Assembly: GCA_000002435.2 (NCBI GenBank)
Contig: CM018790.1
Reading direction: 5' to 3' (one strand)
DNA: 64,000 nucleotides
Origin: Giardia intestinalis
Lineage: Eukaryota
Position numbers and translations under genes: made by a program. The notes under the pieces were generated by a model. The model was not told the origin of the DNA. It saw only the letters and a list, made by a program, of their open reading frames with translations, and ran no database searches. This document shows, piece by piece, positions 12,601 to 20,400 of this stretch; within the stretch, counting starts at the first letter, position 1, and each line of letters opens with the position of its first letter.

Positions 12601-14944
12601 GCTGCGGGATCAGAAAAGGCAGGTTGGCAAGAAGAAGATCCTCGGGCTGGCTTACTTGTGACATGTAAGATTGACTCAGGTCTGCCAGCCGTTTGCAGTT
12701 TTCTAGAGTCTGGAGTCTTTCTGCACAGGCCTTCGGGTTTTGGGCGCCAGAAAGCAGGACCAGCGCGCATTCTCTTTGGATAAAAGCCTCCATTTGGTGG
12801 AGGTGCGCGGCTATCTTGCTGATATTCACCAAAGCCCCCGGAAGCGTGTTAACGGATAACGCGCGCATGTCGCTGATGAGTTTCACTAGCGCGGGGTCAT
12901 CCGACAGGTGGAAGTTCGAGTTGGCAGGAAGGTCCACGACAGACATTAGCTGCCTGAGCAAATATTCCTTGACACTGTCTGGAGAGAGGGTGAGAGCACC
13001 GGTTGTCTGGTTGATTCCGATCGGGGTGGGCAAGGGGGTTAGCAGAGAAAGGTCAGAAGACAGCGCGCCACAATACTTGGCTGCAAGTACCTTCGCCACG
13101 CATCCAGTCCAATACTGCACAACCGTGAAACCGCACGGCTCCGGTAAGTTGGCAATGAAGCCCGAGATGAGGTTTTTCAGAGAAGACATTGCCTCGGTCC
13201 AGCGCAACTGCCCAGAGATCAGGGACACTCTGGATATAGACACGAGGATATCCATACCCTTCTTGTGGAAGTCGTCTAGTTTTCCCAGGCTCTCCTTAAA
13301 CCGGGCATGGATCTTCCGGATGTGCTCACTAATCTTAGCAAAACGAGGTACAGGGTTAGAGGGATCCTGCGAGCTCTCGGCAGATGCAATGTCACATGTG
13401 ATCTGCTGGAACGGCTGGATGTTTGATTGTTGGATTGCCTTCTGTAACTCCGTGTCATAGACCTGAGCGGCTTTAAGAATGGTGGGCTTTTGATACGGAC
13501 GGATGATCTGAGAAAGTTCGTTGTAGAAGGCTGCCGCGCTCTGCAAAGTAGCGACATAGGGCGTGAGATAGGTGACGAGCTGCATGCAAGAAACAACCTC
13601 CGCGGGAAGCGCAAGCTTCTGCGGATCATACCCCAGGCCAGAAAGGAAAGTGACGAGGGCGTGGACACCCAGCATCTTCTCAGGAAACTGGGCCACCATG
13701 TGCTTTTCCTTATTCATGTAAAGAAGCAGAATGCAATTAGGCTGCGCAGACATGGTTGAAAACCCGTTTCCAGGAGACTCGGCAAAGAGCGCGATGGATC
13801 CTTGTATGGACTTCATATATGCAGAGAGCAGCTGTCGGGCACTACGCACCGCGTCCTCTTCTGCAGTCTTGAAAAACTCAACACTCGACTGGACAGACGA
13901 GGAGAAACTTGCCAGGCTAGATACATCGGCTCCGCAGAGATCCTCCATGAATGGAAGGAGATTGGTGCTACAGGCGTTTAGGATCGATCTAGTCTGTCTT
14001 ATCGTATTCAGCCTCACCATAGTGTCTGCATGGGTCCCCTCACTTAGAGAACCAAGGGTATTCCTCGCGCTGGCCATCATGTCATTAAAGGACTGGATTA
14101 TGTTGGCGACGATAGTGCTGTTTGCGGGCCGCAGTGCGTCCCTGATCGACGGGCGCTTAAAGAGAAAAGAGATCTCCGGAAATATGAAAAAGTGAGAACC
14201 AAGTGTATTCGGGTTCACAGAAGAAAGGAGCGCTAATATCTTCGTGGCAACGGGGCCTTCAAGCTTCTCCAGCCTTTTATCAAAGTCTTGCAGGATGGCA
14301 GTCAAGGTCTCTGTATGCGAGAAGAATGTGTCTGGAATAAAAAGGGACTCTAGCGCCGGTTGCTCTTCGGGCAGGAGCTTGTTGATCGCGCTCACGGTAC
14401 CGTGGAGAGCGTTAAGTCCGTCGACTCTGGCCTGAATGTCTTGAATGTCCGCATCCAGGCCCGCATCACTGACAAAGGATTGAAACGCCGGGTCACTGAA
14501 GAACAGAACTGATTGCTCGATGAGAGTAGCGCTTTGACTCAGCAAGGAGCCTGCGAAGACAGACCCCAAATAGGTCCGCAGTCCTCGGACAAGCTGCGGG
14601 GCAAAGACACGCCGCAGGAAGTCGGCCTTTCGTGCATAGGGCGGGTCCAGAGCCGAGAGAGAATTGGAGGCCTCAGTGGCGGCTGGGAGGGAGGTCAGAG
14701 GCGTCTTGCAGGCCTCTTCCATGATCTTAAGAGTCCGCAGTATTAACTGTGCTCGCTCGCCGGCAAAACCCGGCTGTTTGCTCAGGTTCGTGTAGAGACG
14801 ATACTCGCTCTGAAAGGAGACCGGAGACCCGTCAGACTCCGATGTCGGCACCCTTTCGGCTTGTTCCAGGAAAGCCATGATCTCCTCGTCAGGCTCCTGG
14901 CCGCCTGCACGAACTTGGGAAAGATACTTCGAGAGAAGATCCAT
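623..14944 (-). CDS. Dynein heavy chain, probably axonemal. One uninterrupted 4773-aa ORF.
   Basis: AAA1 P-loop GPAGTGKTE is present, with ...CFNCDTSIERSDLSRLL.. after it. Further P-loops include LLGGTGSGKS. The size and uninterrupted ORF are typical of a DHC. ATG at 14944 has AT-rich upstream sequence (aaaaaataccATG). Confidence 0.95.
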   Translation of the reverse strand: MDLLSKYLSQVRAGGQEPDEEIMAFLEQAERVPTSESDGSPVSFQSEYRLYTNLSKQPGFAGERAQLILRTLKIMEEACKTPLTSLPAATEASNSLSALDPPYARKADFLRRVFAPQLVRGLRTYLGSVFAGSLLSQSATLIEQSVLFFSDPAFQSFVSDAGLDADIQDIQARVDGLNALHGTVSAINKLLPEEQPALESLFIPDTFFSHTETLTAILQDFDKRLEKLEGPVATKILALLSSVNPNTLGSHFFIFPEISFLFKRPSIRDALRPANSTIVANIIQSFNDMMASARNTLGSLSEGTHADTMVRLNTIRQTRSILNACSTNLLPFMEDLCGADVSSLASFSSSVQSSVEFFKTAEEDAVRSARQLLSAYMKSIQGSIALFAESPGNGFSTMSAQPNCILLLYMNKEKHMVAQFPEKMLGVHALVTFLSGLGYDPQKLALPAEVVSCMQLVTYLTPYVATLQSAAAFYNELSQIIRPYQKPTILKAAQVYDTELQKAIQQSNIQPFQQITCDIASAESSQDPSNPVPRFAKISEHIRKIHARFKESLGKLDDFHKKGMDILVSISRVSLISGQLRWTEAMSSLKNLISGFIANLPEPCGFTVVQYWTGCVAKVLAAKYCGALSSDLSLLTPLPTPIGINQTTGALTLSPDSVKEYLLRQLMSVVDLPANSNFHLSDDPALVKLISDMRALSVNTLPGALVNISKIAAHLHQMEAFIQRECALVLLSGAQNPKACAERLQTLENCKRLADLSQSYMSQVSQPEDLLLANLPFLIPQPGSEKHIYNVSPSNGVITVNIEHAIRLVNKKPAAILDVAVAAASYFAEQAADKISTECSGFTKRCDAIHGAFASSDDFTDFTAFFQDAHTLLKGKLKKVHEEMLGFKAVILLSSAFYENVLSLIDAADASFLSLSNRLNNIESELEAKKKEFWDILVDKLAGSGEASLLSKSKDVLAQLTAGIQEFTAYCDANTSVRAPADLAEFNSFFKVLFFTRTDAENGVIYGGKAACAYSLLFDEVRQNVAEILATMQTLSSEALSIFNVDYMSMLPTESAKQLKNSVAIISAFKDAFSGFLPILVELEAGCSAFMRLEWSIVKNRLDMADFIQTKALACREKFLSEITDISDLLGAVDLRGSALTLESISSLKQAATLYLTFVAALFSQSLSVFKALRSNSLTQAHYREIIEKTNLGSIIKYFALKADTVAASIVDTMNGCQVLFLAAVCLFTNRGNISAENPQTTEYKKTISIIREVCVRAENETSIRAAVEETSYWLASEAKLLFALHELTPLAQEELCSVELGLNKKTGLTLIPLSAVWKHLFSQLVEKRAIIMAVSTNPYSKSLKNQIDDCTAIIDSYTRLGHVMVTIAKQISILEPVMGRRVLVAEEKKFYDSLRVLYSILLADCDELVEVACCGSSFSAPSEQDPSSAQLPHSRGVTLSLISIIKAPVPYSAGALQSHAAGLSPSTADNAFLGLYKDVIVTIELVSCLLADIQTSLRKYLEQKRILFPRFYFLADSDVLEILSTGSAKPEETLRPHIKKLFSAIETLVFGEPLVMATGQKQNFIKGFVSSEGEHISLSTAVSILPTDQPELWLNRFDTAHRETLRNQLLKALKIRGDGCLKPIASLPINELVFPAQSNASMVQSALSEASPFDIITSCVSVQASVSPYSYSDKDFYGFKDFQAAISESLPISALSGEMLCISFAVMMTAQIDYALYQVKDATASTQALAACKSRVDQYLSKFSSKLFEAKIALANFGTPEFLLGLKIKGLLVDIYQYLNVLGSLLAVDESAPDCFDSRRWIWTRELKYRIHKDSDDLYVFALDSITPYSYDYQGLQAKLIHTPLTFRCYNTISEAIALQLGGVLQGPAGTGKTESTKALGGKLGRTVVCFNCDTSIERSDLSRLLIGIILSGSMGCFDEINRLDSSVLSAVATDIEAIQKVILLRSGKTSLCAFGDCRNINLDENTFTLSEITVPIRAISPYASIYVTMNPASREYRGRSELPFSLTKLLRGCFMGRADTSLIIETILSTSGFVNCKELAEKCDLSYVLCARRIPKQVHLDWGLRSLQAILRQAAIVRASSFKMLSDSSAEALYGMESNVIIKCISDATLSRITGKSVEIFKEILTGVFGSRAIKQSESTIKKFGAVSSLEEELVGALPPDLREPHGIAVLQLYRALTTKMGVALLGGTGSGKSYIFSLLKDAVFKLTKGNIVIQEFLIAPKSMSRQELLGYVDPATGEWNDGALSSAARLSVQLLNSRELPCTWPIIMLDGSIDPLWIEALNSVLDDNRLLTMSSGERLRFPVNMNPLEAYFNSREVDGRLSAPLQMPLSFLFETDSLAHASPATISRLAIIVVPDTSIDDTLAHLRYQLDTNTDLSGKLSLAGFEAFFRTGLPASMKRGTAAIDVCTHMFHSGVGAALMANSGSDLQTAFVAGCIRSFFSEMKICLAAGLPGELNELTLGSAASVLAGRSIDLRGTLATPKHGDSGQAPHFHWAVLSVRNFLTAGVQIIVTGSKTCGKYTALLQAVAETTNSRGQRYKALTLDCSQLTTRQSIVDLLLSECAETQGADGNRYLKPRSVSTKILLILRDCDIVAPDEFAHIETLTFLWSLVAHGKFYTRGGTCLHISDIQVALTTKTLDAIPARLRRRMGIVFMDEDPRDAELVCGPDLFKLYSSLMKASTSLQTWQMRMVSEAETAKLKTRTMNLQEVIALPELLKSVGSLTLFSISSIKALLATEKSEVSLEKITKLLEIFLEVPIPYSQGKSAARACLKTISQVSDEKVLTYAKLGTTAQTLQRALQSDEGIPDAYFSDLSLELVTNKMRIGLLKELVSSLGDTYNGLRLYYAYLNMMQWSPPLIDTVIHEYLKLLSAVEIFLRSSAGVIILSQPHNFSMETALAGALSIGCTVMFAGTDHATPLVLRFLADRVAHGHHHIAYFMDCNTLEADPEWYALLSALSSRDILYFRNRLSAADLRSLVATFTEVSSVPNGDSMSESELATLFLNLFVRAVQPVILLNPERRSTDGIFSLVPALRRNIQLVSFELLYLDSSSIQLSTTDDILKAPIRSIAHTLPTKTVSIISGASMASNEGRNLKPLNTIEQILKIASGYVSKYLSVYKPHNTVQISYYTKIYVIYHLLKSRWTFMLNRKRERLSKGLKQLQKAQSEVDALAAQAQERTKQVEFSQKEANQALENISSRMSEANDRKLAAHALQKELSEREQGIMKDKEQADAELSTVMPVLQEATKAVQAIPSDALTEIKSFQSPPPAVSVVLEAVLVLLGHQDLSWKGMKAFLSQSGVLRTIANFDMKTASKASIHAVNKVVRNNADCFEQERIRRVSRAAAPLAKWIQANIKYAEVCTKMEPLMKAVESANRSLDSMRKEIQTINDEVAAIEAQIAGLRDDFNAKTEQLVKYKQELQQIQAKQRKGQEMLHGLRAEKLRWEEGYKQASQQLDIIDKCAVNAAILFVVAGASTDDMRESFFGSPVSAKDDDKGLTVRAAFGALLYDSVTVNRYVSYGLVASTSSLENTAIFDMLYSSSKLPRNSAPRGAADDDARDMRDMRNYNLITTIVLSHVTEATGVLTFLRNYFDQTKNQDVSVEGTTFVSAASENLANLVSIAARFGKTIVVLNCDSGSIPSVLFPYIRYSGGGYRASESAAADTPAGTGYVNTSYLLSTATTIMPVQSFKFSEVSPSFRMILVSSLDVFVPSDLSQHVLILSYAPTRKSQANLYTDRILAEWSPESLKKIEELRDSQLAFNEQLFKVEQNLLTALSAATDSATTSESLSIIDNVTLMNVLKQAEQQTLEIQKAQEGVETIQKELDAVKERILPLARDMDTCVSTFSSLQPANSLYIGDQCSVMPLLIKALQSNKPSTANPSEITADLVLATQQQFRSDTLLRLQTSVFSSDVVAASALLLRNYCPDIFTDSLFKYFTGRADSNASISVPTWVPANLTQEFRLVLSCFSSARLSTISITNSSVWSNFPAKVKVCNNLNDINQLFPDAAGRLTYVEMAALVSACRKDLISTALQLAVSRTLLKNDYAKELQFLDSIAAAIRHSAGFLQPVILYTLQGQDPTSTIPNSTPITINPGQEKAANKAIETVLEDLGGRYESWKSEQSIDTMSSAVMHTIVIKGAHLCANWLSVLPSWLMESSVSFKLKYNEELLSHVKIVLLLEPKPYIPQSLGRVGWRVCLVVDSSPKEAFLDAVRRWPTTVPSQNKTESFIRKLYALLYISTALHIILDARRLYAPRGVALDPGWSQNDLTAIISIIQDCMVRGLPASQDENVYLLGFSKRLSGLLLDAIYGVATKDSSDNALLLEFTKISYNSKAITAIFELIDKGEKAIPATVSVEGNAQSYGARDIVSAINSIPVIQYLLPPAHVLCNKSLLAGSSCFDAAQLIDGIALYVQQCYPEKPVPNYLGLPTNALLTQSLKNSITTRSLLARISIQSGTQESASDGNAIASIYDTILQLSSIYEKDVKPKLTVFATKLKEMGAFLNEAQQTDPAIARIIPIIDELHLQGNVIMSIGKVLESDFKEAAAAHSNYLLASTRIKAIASLILSRILPERWCVGITAVPCPTAPHDSPELATLRSGDPFEYLSTFLTSASSSIASAYESCRQSVNESSTMTQIELALSDMPRPAAFIEAIRRYEGIAMGQELNSIKLVASSQACNKRAHPVITLKAGSCVLQGCSLRTLIDLNVESDQLENIYVYSADNEAHLSSSAIVPFYVDQLRESRVAGIEVMHVKMSAYSKEVDEMVTLNGIYVHLSNR

Positions 14945-15769
14945 GGTATTTTTTAGGGAATTTTGCCTATGCCTCTTTCGGCTGGCTCTGTGGTAAGATC
15001 GCTCAGCCTAGTGGCAAGCGGGGAGCCACAAGGTAAAGAAAGGTAGGTGCGGGATGCTCTGGTAGCCCTAATGTTGAGGACGGAAGCGTTGCAGGGCTTG
15101 CTTGCAAGAAAGATCGAGTAGCAGCTCTGCTCTAGTGGGACACATGTTATGGCATGCTAAAGGCTGAATTCAATAAACCGATCATCGTGTGTACTGATGG
15201 TGGTTTGTATGTAAGTATATGCAAACTGCGGTTCACTATAGAAGTCAGCGCGTGGAAGCATCTAGAACGCGATCCGATGTTTCAATACGGTTCGCTCCAG
15301 ACTGAATCAATGTCCCCCTTAATCACTGAACGAATTCCATACCGCAGGCGTGCCGTTGCCTCCCAGTTTCTACTGGGTCTTATGCTGTTCACCTTCGGAG
15401 TAAACTCGGAAATGCCATGATCTAGGCAGCTGACTGTCGAAATACCTGAATGAAAGCCCTTGTGTTCTTCGAGCGAGACCGACGCTGCAACACAATGAGA
15501 TGCTTAGTGCGTGTTGTAAGGCTCCACTCTGACAGTAGGAGCTGCTGTGATAAGTACAGACCCTCGGGCAGCTGTCAGGCCTCTAGGTAACAGCGAGCGA
15601 CCAAATGTTGGCGGATGGACATCCGCTGCTGCCTTGTCGACTCCTCGTCGGTATAGGGGAGATGGACCGATCGGGTGACCCATAGGAGCGGCCAGGTCGC
15701 AACGGCGAGTGTACCAATCGTGTGCTTCTCAATCGGTTAAATAATCTCTTTGTTTTGCTATCCAGGGTT

Positions 15770-17410
15770 ATGGAATCGGACGATCTGCAAGGTACATGGA
15801 GCGGTGTGATCGAGGAGAAAGAGAGGGATGGCATCCTGAACGCCATGGGGTCGCCGTGTGGGCAGGGAGCTTGCTCTGTCATCTACACCCTCGACGCTCT
15901 CCCCGGCGAGGTACTAAAGGAGATTCGCACTGATATGCTTCCGAGTCATGTCCTAGAGGGCATGGAAGCGGCACTCTGCACACTGTCCCGTCTGAAACAC
16001 CCCAACCTTCCTGAGTGCAAGAGGGCATTCAGGGTCTCCGACTACCTTTATCTTCAGGTGACACGCTATCACGGGTCTCTGGAGTCGCTCATGAGACTCT
16101 ACAGACGCAGGAAGCAGTCCATGCCTCGCAGACTGATCCTGGAGGTGGTTCATCAGATTTCCTCTGCGCTTGCATACCTTCATGATCCAGACAAGACCGA
16201 TCCAACTGGTGCTTACTTGCCGATGCTTGTCCACGGAGGCATCAAGCCTGCAAACATTCTGGTCGATCGAGCCGAAACGCACTTTGTCCTTGCAGATACG
16301 TGTGTCTCAACAGAGGCGTTTCGCAGGCACTTATCTATGTATGCGCCACCAGAGGTCCTACTGGGGGAAGAGCCCACTCCAGCTTCCGATCTCTGGAGCC
16401 TTGGAGCGGTGCTTTACGAGATGAGCACAGGCAGCAAGCCCGTTGCTCCAGACGGTAGACGGGTCAATGAACTCCTTGAGAAGGGGTTGACACCAGACCT
16501 CTCGGGGGTCAAGGACGTGGTTATCCGCGGAATCCTCGAGCATATTCTTGTGCTCGATCCAAGGGAGCGGATCTCCGCCCGGGAACTCGCATGCATCGTT
16601 GATCTGGATGCCAAAGAGCTTGCGCTAGTGAGCCTTCTAGAAACCAGGTCTTTGAAGAAGGAGGTGCGCGTGTTCCAGGAGCAGCTCGCCGTCATGCAGC
16701 GCTCGACTGCCTCAAAAACTGCTTCTCGCCCAGTTATCTCCAGTCTGCTTGGAATGACCGAACTGATGCAGGCCTCCGCGAACGGAGACACGAACGCTGT
16801 GCGTGCACTGGTCGACGCTGGCTCAGATCTCCGTGCGAAGGGACCCTCGGGGATGACTGCCCTCATGCATGCCTCCAGCCATGGCCATGTGGCAGTGGTG
16901 AGGCTCCTTGTGGACCACGAGGCCCAGATGCAGGACGATAAGAGCAGGACCGCTCTAATGCTGGCCGCGCAGAACGGGCGCGTCAATGTCCTGCGCATTC
17001 TGTTAGAGCACGAGAGTTGCATGCAGGATAGTGACGGCTGGACCGCTCTGATGTACGCGGCTCACTGGGGGCACCTAGAGGCCGCACAGCTGCTTCTGAG
17101 ACACGAGGCCAAGATGAAAGATAGGCGCTGCCAGACCGCTCTCATGCTCGCAGCCGGCAATGGGAATATCCCCCTTGTGCGTCTCCTTGACCCTCTGGAG
17201 GCGGGATTCCAGGACAAGGCCGGTCAGACTGCCCTTATGAGGGCTGCAAGCAAAGGACATGTTGGTGCGGTTCAGCTGCTACTGGAGCACGAGAAGGGGC
17301 TGTGTGATGCTACTGGGAAGACGGCCTTGGGATGGGCGAGCGAGTTCAACCGCAGCGATGCTGTCCGCATCCTTGAACTGTGTCTCCAGGAGAGCACTGC
17401 GCCGCCCTAG
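15770..17410 (+). CDS. NEK-family kinase-like protein with C-terminal ankyrin repeats. Predicted catalytically dead (pseudokinase).
   Basis: A protein-kinase fold carries 'LVHGGIKPANILVD' in place of HRDLKPxN and 'LADTCVS' in place of DFG. Downstream are coiled-coil and ankyrin repeats (TALMHASSHGH.., TALMLAAQNGR..). The track ORF begins at a GTG at 15722. The first ATG (MESDDLQG) is at 15770. Confidence 0.8.
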   Translation: MESDDLQGTWSGVIEEKERDGILNAMGSPCGQGACSVIYTLDALPGEVLKEIRTDMLPSHVLEGMEAALCTLSRLKHPNLPECKRAFRVSDYLYLQVTRYHGSLESLMRLYRRRKQSMPRRLILEVVHQISSALAYLHDPDKTDPTGAYLPMLVHGGIKPANILVDRAETHFVLADTCVSTEAFRRHLSMYAPPEVLLGEEPTPASDLWSLGAVLYEMSTGSKPVAPDGRRVNELLEKGLTPDLSGVKDVVIRGILEHILVLDPRERISARELACIVDLDAKELALVSLLETRSLKKEVRVFQEQLAVMQRSTASKTASRPVISSLLGMTELMQASANGDTNAVRALVDAGSDLRAKGPSGMTALMHASSHGHVAVVRLLVDHEAQMQDDKSRTALMLAAQNGRVNVLRILLEHESCMQDSDGWTALMYAAHWGHLEAAQLLLRHEAKMKDRRCQTALMLAAGNGNIPLVRLLDPLEAGFQDKAGQTALMRAASKGHVGAVQLLLEHEKGLCDATGKTALGWASEFNRSDAVRILELCLQESTAPP

Positions 17411-17416
17411 TCCATA

Positions 17417-20400
17417 ATGTGTTCTGTCAGGATGTCTCCTCTCCCGTTTATCGTCCTTTGCACGCGAGAGCCCCTCTTCATCGTCTTTTCGCTCACCGGA
17501 AACATGGCCATCTCCGATCCCTTCCGGCTCCAGTCCCCTGGGACGTGTCTGTTCTGGCACGAAGCACGGTCCCGGCTCTACATAGGCCACGCATCTGGCA
17601 ATGTTAGCATTTACGCGCTGGCCTACGAAAGGGACCCAGACGCCCCACAGTTTGCTGACGGGATAAACCTTTCAGAAGACCCCAGCAACACGGGGAACTC
17701 CAGGCAGCCCTCTCTGGCCAGCACCACCGTAGATGCTGCCATGCAGATCCTCGGAAAGAGCCGCTCCTTCGACTCGCTGACGCGGGAGGAGCTCTTGAAG
17801 GTGTACCCGGAGCTCCGGTCGTCGTTGATAGACGTCTCCAAGAGCACCGCGGAGGCGCTGCAGAGGTCCTCCCAGGAGAAGGAGCGGCTCCGAGGGAAGT
17901 CCAAGCAGCTCATCGCCATGGCCTCCGAAGACCTTGAGGTCGTGAGCCTCATCACATCGCAGATCTTTGACGCCGGGCAGAGCACGCTTCTCAGCCACGG
18001 GATCAAGGAGACGCAGCTCATCGCCGACGACCCCCTGGCCTTTGTCAAGGCGACCGTGGCCCCAGACCCCGTCGCCGCGGCAACGCACGAGAAGCGCCAC
18101 GGGGGCGTGCATCTGACGATCCGTGCCGAGTTCGTCACCACCAAGTATGTGGTCGCGGGGAGCGTCAGGTGCATGGACGCCGGGCGCGGCCAGTGGGAGG
18201 AGGCCATGGCAGACGACCTGTTTCGACTGGCCGTCGTGGGCTCCGATGCCGCGCTCGTCATTCTGGACGAGGACCTGGGGGTCGTCTGCACGTTCTCGGA
18301 CTTGCACCCGGAGGGGATCATGCGGTGCTACGTCGTCATCGATCACATCACAACCATTGGCTTCAGCAACGTCTACCAGATTGGCCCGGAGGCGGTCCGC
18401 TCCTGCCACTTGGGGATGGCCGTGACAAAGGAGGAGCTCGAGGACGACCCTGCCCGGGTGGACGGCGAGGACGATAGGCGCGGGAAGAGGAGGCGCGAGG
18501 CCGTGCAGGTCTCTGACAAGAGGCTCGTGAAGGCCAACCTCGTGAAGTCCGCGCACCTGATCACCCTTGTCCAGCCGCCCAGGCCGGGCAAGCCTATTCT
18601 GGCGTCGTTCGCTTTCGGGAACGTTATTGGCGTTATTGACCACGACAACGTGGTGACCCTCATCCATGCACTGACGGGCGCGCACATCACGCGGATCGAC
18701 ATCGCCATCAACCTGCACGGAGTCAAGGTCGGCACCGGGGTCTATAGCCGCAAGCACGACTTCGGCTACATCCCCTTCGGGCGCCGGCTGTTCGTCCTCA
18801 AGGTGGTTGCCAACGAGGAGCTGGCCAAGGAGCAGGTGGTCTGGGACTTTGAGGACGCGAAGCGCGAGGAGGAGCAGCGGGCACTGGGCAAGCGCAGGCC
18901 GAAGGAGCTGATCAAGCACGCGCCCGAGCATCTTCCCCTGGGGTCTATCAGCAAGGAGTGCGCCGGCGTTGTCGTCAACCAGCGCATGAACGAGCTTGGC
19001 GCCGTCACAGGCCCTGGGGAAGTGACGATCTTTTCGCTCCTTACCGGCCGGCCGTCCAGGATCTACGACATTGCAAGGATCTCCAAGACGCTTCTGGAGG
19101 GCCGAGACGGCACAGGCAGCGGTGGCGATGACCCACAGGATTCCGTACTGGGTTCGGAGTATGCAAGCATCGAGACGTGCGACCTCTCGAAATTCTACGC
19201 AGAGGGCCAGAGCGAGGTGACGGAGGCCGATCTCCACTTTTCCACTCCAGACGACGAAGCCCGATACAGGACGCTCCACAAGCCACCGCAGATCCTCAGC
19301 CAGATCCCCAGCGCCCCCGACGCCCCCCAGTCTCTGCTCGACGCCCTCGGGCGGCGGATTCTGTCCCTCGCCGTCGACAGCAAGGGACGCGTTCTTTACG
19401 TCATAGGAACCCACGGTGCAGTGACACTTTACTGGAAGACCGGCTCTCTCTTCGACATATCCAACGTTGGGATTACCGGCCGGAGGACATGCGAAGACGA
19501 CATTGACATCGTCGACAACCCGTTTGATGGCCAAAGACTGGGCGACGCACAGAGGGAGCCTTCTGCAGGGGCCGACTCGCACATGTCGTCCGGAGCTTCT
19601 TCGTACAGCCTGGGGCTCAATCTGTCTCAGATCATCGTCAAGGCCAACAACGCAGCCTTTGTGAGACAGCTGCTTTCCGACAAGTCGATAATGCGCGCGC
19701 AAATCTTAGCCACCGACAGAGCGCGCGGCCTTCTCTTCCTCTGCGACAACCTCAACCCGCAAATTGTGCGCGCCATAGACATGAAGCCGAGCCACGAGTA
19801 CGTGAACAGGATAGGGCTGTCGAGGCAGCTGACAACCTTCGACATCTTTTTTGCAGGAGGAGCAGACCACTTTGCAAGGGCACGGCAGCAGCTCGCGGCG
19901 TTCTTTTCGTCGAAGCCCGTATTTGTAGGCGCAGACGACCTCTCTTCAAAGCCGGAGGTTGTAAGACGCTTTTGCCCCGAGTTCCTGTGGGCCCGAGATG
20001 TCTCTTCAGCAGGACAGCCGAATCAGGCGCCGTCTCCGATCCAGAAACTGCTCTGCGACGTTCTCTACACCGGGCATGCAAAGAAGGCTCGAAGTGACTC
20101 GTACGTGACGTGCATTGATGCCTCGGAGGAGCTGTCTCTGCTGGCCATAGGCACGTCTGACGGCCGGATTCTCGTCCACGACACGATGTCTGTCAAGCTG
20201 CTGCAGCAGGGGGTGATCCAGCCCCCGACAATCCCGTCTGTTGGCTCCCCCATAACGGCCCTCTGCTTCCTGGGACAGTGGCCCCTTCTGTTTTCTGCGT
20301 CGGCCTCTGGCGCCTGCTACATCCACGCGGTCCGCTCGCTGTACCCGAACTTTTCGCTCGTCTGCGCGTTTTACCACGGAAGCTACCATCCCCTGGGCTA

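Noticed and set aside
15154-15420. 88-aa ORF in the 0.8-kb dynein/NEK divergent intergenic region
   Set aside because: It has no motif, ordinary composition, and no AT-rich initiator. It could equally be non-coding. It is not supported enough to call as a gene.
17672-19702. 676-aa minus-strand ORF, and other long antisense ORFs (21119–21928, 21935–22540) overlapping the 1649-aa gene
   Set aside because: They are Pro/Arg/Gly-rich translations typical of antisense frames in 65% GC DNA. The plus-strand ORF is 2.4 times longer and uninterrupted. These were treated as artefacts.
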